64,000 bases of DNA, from positions 1-64,000 of the forward strand of contig OZ059899.1 of NCBI GenBank assembly GCA_964057225.1, given 5' to 3'. Positions 55,960-64,000 of this stretch are shown piece by piece (positions within the stretch are counted from its first letter, which is position 1; each line of letters opens with the position of its first letter). Position numbers and translations under genes: made by a program. The notes beneath the pieces were generated by a model. That model made no database searches. It was not told the DNA's origin and worked only from the letters and a program-made list of their open reading frames with translations. The stretch is from Auanema rhodensis (Eukaryota > Animalia > Nematoda).

Positions 55960-58900
55960 TCTTTCACGTGAAGCGAGTTACATATCAAGTGCACATCACG
56001 TGTACATTTAATTAGCATAAATTAAAGTTCACGTAAAATTCAAAGTCATGGTTACCATGCACCAATATCAATAAAAATTTGTTTTTAGACTAATATGGAC
56101 ATGGGGAATCTAATTTTGAAAACCGCATCTCTTTATCTTTCATGTGAAGCGGGTTACATACCAAGTGCACATCACGTGTACATTTAATTAGCATAAATTA
56201 AAGTTCACGTAAATTTCAAAGTCATGGTTACCATGCACCAATATCAATAAAAATTTGTTTTCAGACTAATATGGACATGGGGAATCTAATTTTGAGAACC
56301 GCATCTCTTTATCTTTCACGTGAAGCGAGTTACATACCAAGTGCACATCACGTGTACATTTAATTAGCATAAATTAAAGTTCACGTAAATTTCAAAGTCA
56401 TGGTTACCATGCACCAATATCAATAAAAATTTGTTTTTAGACTAATATGGACATGGGGAATCTAATTTTGAAAACCGCATCTCTTTATCTTTCACGTGAA
56501 GCGAGTTACATACCAAGTGCACATCACGTGTACATTTAATTAGCATAAATTAAAGTTCACGTAAATTTCAAAGTCATGGTTACCATGAACCAATATCAAT
56601 AAAAATTTGTTTTTAGACTAATATGGACATGGGGAATCTGATTTTGAAAACCGCATCTCTTCATCTTTCACGTGAAGCGAGTTACATACCAAGTGCACAT
56701 CACGTGTACATTTAATTAGCATAAACTAAAGTTCACGTAAATTTCAAAGTCATGGTTACCATGAACCAATATCAATAAAAATTTGTTTTTAGACTAATAT
56801 GGACATGGGGAATCTAATTTTGAAAACCGCATCTCTTTATCTTTCACGTGAAGCGAGTTACATACCAAGTGCACATCACGTGTACATTTAATTAGCATAA
56901 ATTAAAGTTCACGTAAAATTCAAAGTCATGGTTACCATGCACCAATATCAATAAAAATTTGTTTTTAGACTAATATGGACATGGGGAATCTAATTTTGAA
57001 AACCGCATCTCTTTATCTTTCATGTGAAGCGAGTTACATACCAAGTGCACATCACGTGTACATTTAATTAGCATAAATTAAAGTTCACGTAAATTTCAAA
57101 GTCATGGTTACCATGCACCAATATCAATAAAACTTTGTTTTCAGACTAATATGGACATGGGGAATCTAATTTTGAAAACCGCATCTCTTTATCTTTCACG
57201 TGAAGCGAGTTACATACCAAGTGCACATCACGTGTACATTTAATTAGCATAAATTAAAGTTCATGTAAATTTCAAAGTCATGGTTACCATGCACCAATAT
57301 CAATAAAAATTTGTTTTTAGACTAATATCGACATGGGGAATCTAATTTTGAAAACCGCATCTCTTTATCTTTCACGTGAAGCGAGTTACATACCAAGTGC
57401 ACATCACGTGTACATTTAATTAGCATAAACTAAAGTTCACGTAAATTTCAAAGGCATGGTTACCATGAACCAATATCAATAAAAATTTGTTTTTAGACTA
57501 ATATGGACATGGGGAATCTAATTTTGAAAACCGCATCTCTTTATCTTTCACGTGAAGCGAGTTACATACCAAGTGCACATCACGTGTACATTTAATTAGC
57601 ATAAATTAAAGTTCACGTAAATTTCAAAGTCATGGTTACCATGAAGCAATATCAATAAAAATTTGTTTTTAGACTAATATGGACATGGGGAATCTAATTT
57701 TGAAAACCGCATCTCTTTATCTTTCACGTGAAGCGAGTTACATACCAAGTGCACATCACGTGTACATTTAATTAGCATAAATTAAAGTTCACGTAAAATT
57801 CAAAGTCATGGTTACCATGCACCAATATCAATAAAAATTTGTTTTTAGATTAATATGGACATGGGGAATCTAATTTTGAAAACCGCATCTCTTTATCTTT
57901 TACGTGAAGCAAGTTACATACCAAGTGCACATCACGTGTACATTTAATTAGCATAAATTAAAGTTCACGTAAATTTCAAAGTCATGGTTACCATGCACCA
58001 ATATCAATAAAAATTTGTTTTTAGACTAATATGGACATGGGGAATCTAATTTTGAAAACCGCATCTCTTTATCTTTTACGTGAAGCGAGTTACATACCAA
58101 GTGCACATCACGTGTACATTTAATTAGCATAAATTAAAGTTCACGTAAAATTCAAAGTCATGGTTACCATGCACCAATATCAATAAAAATTTGTTTTTAG
58201 ACTAATATGGACATGGGGAATCTAATTTTGAAAACCGCATCTCTTTATCTTTTACGTGAAGCGAGTTACATACCAAGTGCACATCACGTGTACATTTAAT
58301 TAGCATAAATTAAAGTTCACGTAAATTTCAAAGTCATGGTTACCATGAACCAATATCAATAAAAATTTGTTTTTAGACTAATATGGACATGGGGAATCTG
58401 ATTTTGAAAACCGCATCTCTTTATCTTTCACGTGAAGCGAGTTACATACCAAGTGCACATCACGTGTACATTTAATTAGCATAAATTAAAGTTCACGTAA
58501 AATTCAAAGTCATGGTTACCATGCACCAATATCAATAAAAATTTGTTTTTAGACTAATATGGACATGGGGAATCTAATTTTGAAAACCGCATCTCTTTAT
58601 CTTTTACGTGAAGCGAGTTACATACCAAGTGCACATCACGTGTACATTTTATTAGCATAAATTAAAGTTCACGTAAATTTCAAAGTCATGGTTACCATGA
58701 ACCAATATCAATAAAAATTTGTTTTTAGACTAATATGGACATGGGGAATCTAATTTTGAAAACCGCATCTCTTTATCTTTCACGTGAAGCGAGTTACATA
58801 CCAAGTGCACATCACGTGTACATTTAATTAGCATAAATTAAAGTTCACGTAAAATTCAAAGTCATGGTTACCATGCACCAATATCAATAAAAATTTGTTT

Positions 58901-61900
58901 TTAGACTAATATGGACATGGGGAATCTAATTTGGAAAACCGCATCTCTTTATCTTTTACGTGAAGCGAGTTACATACCAAGTGCACATCACGTGTACATT
59001 TAATTAGCATAAATTAAAGTTCACGTAAATTTCAAAGTCATGGTTACCATGAACCAATATCAATAAAAATTTGTTTTTAGACTAATATGGACATGGGGAA
59101 TCTAATTTTGAAAACCGCATCTCTTTATCTTTCACGTGAAGCGAGTTACATACCAAGTGCACATCACGTGTACACTTAATTAGCATAAATTAAAGTTCAC
59201 GTAAAATTCAAAGTCATGGTTACCATGCACCAATATCAATAAAAATTTGTTTTTAGACTAATATGGACATGGGGAATCTAATTTTGAAAACCGCATCTCT
59301 TTATCTTTTACGTGAAGCGAGTTACATACCAAGTGCACATCACGTGTACATTTAATTAGCATAAATTAAAGTTCACGTAAATTTCAAAGTCATGGTTACC
59401 ATGAACCAATATCAATAAAAATTTGTTTTTAGACTAATATGGACATGGGGAATCTAATTTTGAAAACCGCATCTCTTTATCTTTCACGTGAAGCGAGTTA
59501 CATACCAAGTGCACATCACGTGTACATTTAATTAGCATAAATTAAAGTTCACGTAAATTTCAAAGTCATGGTTACCATGCACCAATATCAATAAAAATTT
59601 GTTTTTAGACTAATATGGACATGGGGAATCTAATTTTGAAAACCGCATCTCTTTATCTTTTACGTGAAGCGAGTTACATACCAAGTGCACATCACGTGTA
59701 CATTTTATTAGCATAAATTAAAGTTCACGTAAATTTCAAAGTCATGGTTACCATGAACCAATATCAATAAAAATTTGTTTTTAGACTAATATGGACATGG
59801 GGAATCTAATTTTGAAAACCGCATCTCTTTATCTTTCACGTGAAGCGAGTTACATACCAAGTGCACATCATGTGTACATTTAATTAGCATAAATTAAAGT
59901 TCACGTAAAATTCAAAGTCATGGTTACCATGCACCAATATCAATAAAAATTTGTTTTTAGACTAATATGGACATGGGGAATCTAATTTTGAAAACCGCAT
60001 CTCTTTATCTTTTACGTGAAGCGAGTTACATACCAAGTGCACATCACGTGTACACTTAATTAGCATAAATTAAAGTTCACGTAAAATTCAAAGTCATGGT
60101 TACCATGCACCAATATCAATAAAAATTTGTTTTTAGACTAATATGGACATGGGGAATCTAATTTTGAAAACCGCATCTCTTTATCTTTCACGTGAAGCGA
60201 GTTACATACCAAGTGCACATCACGTGTACACTTAATTAGCATAAATTAAAGTTCACGTAAAATTCAAAGTCATGGTTACCATGCACCAATATCAATAAAA
60301 ATTTGTTTTTAGACTAATATGGACATGGGGAATCTAATTTTGAAAACCGCATCTCTTTATCTTTTACGTGAAGCGAGTTACATACCAAGTGCACATCACG
60401 TGTACATTTAATTAGCATAAATTAAAGTTCACGTAAATTTCAAAGTCATGGTTACCATGAACCAATATCAATAAAAATTTGTTTTTAGACTAATATGGAC
60501 ATGGGGAATCTAATTTTGAAAACCGCATCTCTTTATCTTTCACGTGAAGCGAGTTACATACCAAGTGCACATCACGTGTACATTTAATTAGCATAAATTA
60601 AAGTTCACGTAAATTTCAAAGTCATGGTTACCATGCACCAATATCAATAAAAATTTCTTTTTAGACTAATATGGACATGGGGAATCTAATTTTGAAAACC
60701 GCATCTCTTTATCTTTCACGTGAAGCGAGTTACATACCAAGTGCACATCACGTGTACATTTAATTAGCATAAATTAAAGTTCACGTAAATTTCAAAGTCA
60801 TGGTTACCATGAACCAATATCAATAAAAATTTGTTTTTAGACTAATATGGACATGGGGAATCTAATTTTGAAAACCGCATCTCTTTATCTTTCACGTGAA
60901 GCGAGTTACATATCAAGTGCACATCACGTGTACATTTAATTAGCATAAATTAAAGTTCACGTAAAATTCAAAGTCATGGTTACCATGCACCAATATCAAT
61001 AAAAATTTGTTTTTAGACTAATATGGACATGGGGAATCTAATTTTGAAAACCGCATCTCTTTATCTTTCATGTGAAGCGGGTTACATACCAAGTGCACAT
61101 CACGTGTACATTTAATTAGCATAAATTAAAGTTCACGTAAATTTCAAAGTCATGGTTACCATGCACCAATATCAATAAAAATTTGTTTTCAGACTAATAT
61201 GGACATGGGGAATCTAATTTTGAGAACCGCATCTCTTTATCTTTCACGTGAAGCGAGTTACATACCAAGTGCACATCACGTGTACATTTAATTAGCATAA
61301 ATTAAAGTTCACGTAAATTTCAAAGTCATGGTTACCATGCACCAATATCAATAAAAATTTGTTTTTAGACTAATATGGACATGGGGAATCTAATTTTGAA
61401 AACCGCATCTCTTTATCTTTCACGTGAAGCGAGTTACATACCAAGTGCACATCACGTGTACATTTAATTAGCATAAACTAAAGTTCACGTAAATTTCAAA
61501 GTCATGGTTACCATGAACCAATATCAATAAAAATTTGTTTTTAGACTAATATGGACATGGGGAATCTAATTTTGAAAACCGCATCTCTTTATCTTTCACG
61601 TGAAGCGAGTTACATACCAAGTGCACATCACGTGTACATTTAATTAGCATAAATTAAAGTTCACGTAAAATTCAAAGTCATGGTTACCATGCACCAATAT
61701 CAATAAAAATTTGTTTTTAGACTAATATGGACATGGGGAATCTAATTTTGAAAACCGCATCTCTTTATCTTTCATGTGAAGCGAGTTACATACCAAGTGC
61801 ACATCACGTGTACATTTAATTAGCATAAATTAAAGTTCACGTAAATTTCAAAGTCATGGTTACCATGCACCAATATCAATAAAACTTTGTTTTCAGACTA

Positions 61901-64000
61901 ATATGGACATGGGGAATCTAATTTTGAAAACCGCATCTCTTTATCTTTCACGTGAAGCGAGTTACATACCAAGTGCACATCACGTGTACATTTAATTAGC
62001 ATAAATTAAAGTTCATGTAAATTTCAAAGTCATGGTTACCATGCACCAATATCAATAAAAATTTGTTTTTAGACTAATATCGACATGGGGAATCTAATTT
62101 TGAAAACCGCATCTCTTTATCTTTCACGTGAAGCGAGTTACATACCAAGTGCACATCACGTGTACATTTAATTAGCATAAACTAAAGTTCACGTAAATTT
62201 CAAAGGCATGGTTACCATGAACCAATATCAATAAAAATTTGTTTTTAGACTAATATGGACATGGGGAATCTAATTTTGAAAACCGCATCTCTTTATCTTT
62301 CACGTGAAGCGAGTTACATACCAAGTGCACATCACGTGTACATTTAATTAGCATAAATTAAAGTTCACGTAAATTTCAAAGTCATGGTTACCATGAAGCA
62401 ATATCAATAAAAATTTGTTTTTAGACTAATATGGACATGGGGAATCTAATTTTGAAAACCGCATCTCTTTATCTTTCACGTGAAGCGAGTTACATACCAA
62501 GTGCACATCACGTGTACATTTAATTAGCATAAATTAAAGTTCACGTAAAATTCAAAGTCATGGTTACCATGCACCAATATCAATAAAAATTTGTTTTTAG
62601 ACTAATATGGACATGGGGAATCTAATTTTGAAAACCGCATCTCTTTATCTTTTACGTGAAGCAAGTTACATACCAAGTGCACATCACGTGTACATTTAAT
62701 TAGCATAAATTAAAGTTCACGTAAATTTCAAAGTCATGGTTACCATGCACCAATATCAATAAAAATTTGTTTTTAGACTAATATGGACATGGGGAATCTA
62801 ATTTTGAAAACCGCATCTCTTTATCTTTTACGTGAAGCGAGTTACATACCAAGTGCACATCACGTGTACATTTAATTAGCATAAATTAAAGTTCACGTAA
62901 AATTCAAAGTCATGGTTACCATGCACCAATATCAATAAAAATTTGTTTTTAGACTAATATGGACATGGGGAATCTAATTTTGAAAACCGCATCTCTTTAT
63001 CTTTTACGTGAAGCGAGTTACATACCAAGTGCACATCACGTGTACATTTAATTAGCATAAATTAAAGTTCACGTAAATTTCAAAGTCATGGTTACCATGA
63101 ACCAATATCAATAAAAATTTGTTTTTAGACTAATATGGACATGGGGAATCTGATTTTGAAAACCGCATCTCTTTATCTTTCACGTGAAGCGAGTTACATA
63201 CCAAGTGCACATCACGTGTACATTTAATTAGCATAAATTAAAGTTCACGTAAAATTCAAAGTCATGGTTACCATGCACCAATATCAATAAAAATTTGTTT
63301 TTAGACTAATATGGACATGGGGAATCTAATTTTGAAAACCGCATCTCTTTATCTTTTACGTGAAGCGAGTTACATACCAAGTGCACATCACGTGTACATT
63401 TTATTAGCATAAATTAAAGTTCACGTAAATTTCAAAGTCATGGTTACCATGAACCAATATCAATAAAAATTTGTTTTTAGACTAATATGGACATGGGGAA
63501 TCTAATTTTGAAAACCGCATCTCTTTATCTTTCACGTGAAGCGAGTTACATACCAAGTGCACATCACGTGTACATTTAATTAGCATAAATTAAAGTTCAC
63601 GTAAAATTCAAAGTCATGGTTACCATGCACCAATATCAATAAAAATTTGTTTTTAGACTAATATGGACATGGGGAATCTAATTTGGAAAACCGCATCTCT
63701 TTATCTTTTACGTGAAGCGAGTTACATACCAAGTGCACATCACGTGTACATTTAATTAGCATAAATTAAAGTTCACGTAAATTTCAAAGTCATGGTTACC
63801 ATGAACCAATATCAATAAAAATTTGTTTTTAGACTAATATGGACATGGGGAATCTAATTTTGAAAACCGCATCTCTTTATCTTTCACGTGAAGCGAGTTA
63901 CATACCAAGTGCACATCACGTGTACACTTAATTAGCATAAATTAAAGTTCACGTAAAATTCAAAGTCATGGTTACCATGCACCAATATCAATAAAAATTT
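55960..64000 (+). repeat. Tandem ~4.9-kb duplication (28-monomer unit; second copy lacks one monomer and is cut by the window end)
   Basis: Offset 4928: 55985/60913, 56152/61080, 56296/61224. Offset 4752: 57133/61885, 57264/62016, 57454/62206, 57911/62663, 58933/63685, 59175/63927. Confidence 0.9.

Larger units (their letters stand above)
1..64000 (+). repeat. Tandem satellite DNA array, 176-bp monomer, ~363.7 copies, probably centromeric/pericentromeric; truncated at both window edges
   Basis: The monomer at 1-176 recurs from 177. There are 34 monomers in 1-5975 (net -9 bp from indels), then exact 176-bp phase from 5976 (starts at 5976+176k). The last monomer starts at 63880 and is partial (121 bp). 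The 60-nt line layout recurs every 2640 bp (15x176) from 6001 to 61441. The centromeric assignment is inference only. Confidence 0.99.

Noticed and set aside
1-64000. CRISPR array or other repeat-spacer system
   Set aside because: There are no unique spacers, the entire 176 bp is repeated, and no cas or other genes are present.
1-64000. Tandem 5S rRNA, tRNA, snRNA or spliced-leader gene cluster
   Set aside because: I see no recognisable 5S or tRNA sequence, cloverleaf or convincing Pol III A/B/C boxes. An Rfam/Infernal search would settle it.
1-64000. Repeat-encoded long protein
   Set aside because: 176 is not divisible by 3, and the supplied track shows no ORF other than the 60-aa one.

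Overview
The whole window is one uninterrupted head-to-tail tandem satellite array. It contains about 363.7 copies of a 176-bp, ~32% GC monomer, all in the same orientation. Consensus: TCTTTCACGTGAAGCGAGTTACATACCAAGTGCACATCACGTGTACATTTAATTAGCATAAATTAAAGTTCACGTAAATTTCAAAGTCATGGTTACCATG[A/C]A[C/G]CAATATCAATAAAAATTTGTTTTTAGACTAATATGGACATGGGGAATCTAATTTTGAAAACCGCATCTCTTTA. Monomers usually differ from the consensus by 0-3 substitutions. I see no genes, RNA genes, transposon insertions, inversions or CRISPR spacers, and the single 60-aa ORF is a chance stop-loss in one copy. Monomer length, AT-richness and homogeneity resemble a eukaryotic centromeric or pericentromeric satellite, but I cannot name the family or organism. 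The interesting structure is at two scales. (1) Inside the monomer: many dyad symmetries, three CACGT/E-box motifs spaced 32-33 bp apart, a CENP-B-box-like 17-mer, and an apparently invariant CATGGTTACCAT palindrome core. (2) Across the array: diagnostic SNVs reveal nested block duplications of 3, 4, 10, 13, 14, 15, 16, 27/28 and 85-90 monomers, regional variant domains and recombinant monomers. All 17 single-base indels I found lie in the first ~6 kb, which suggests a low-coverage contig end. I did not find a novel gene-based system. All counts were made by eye.
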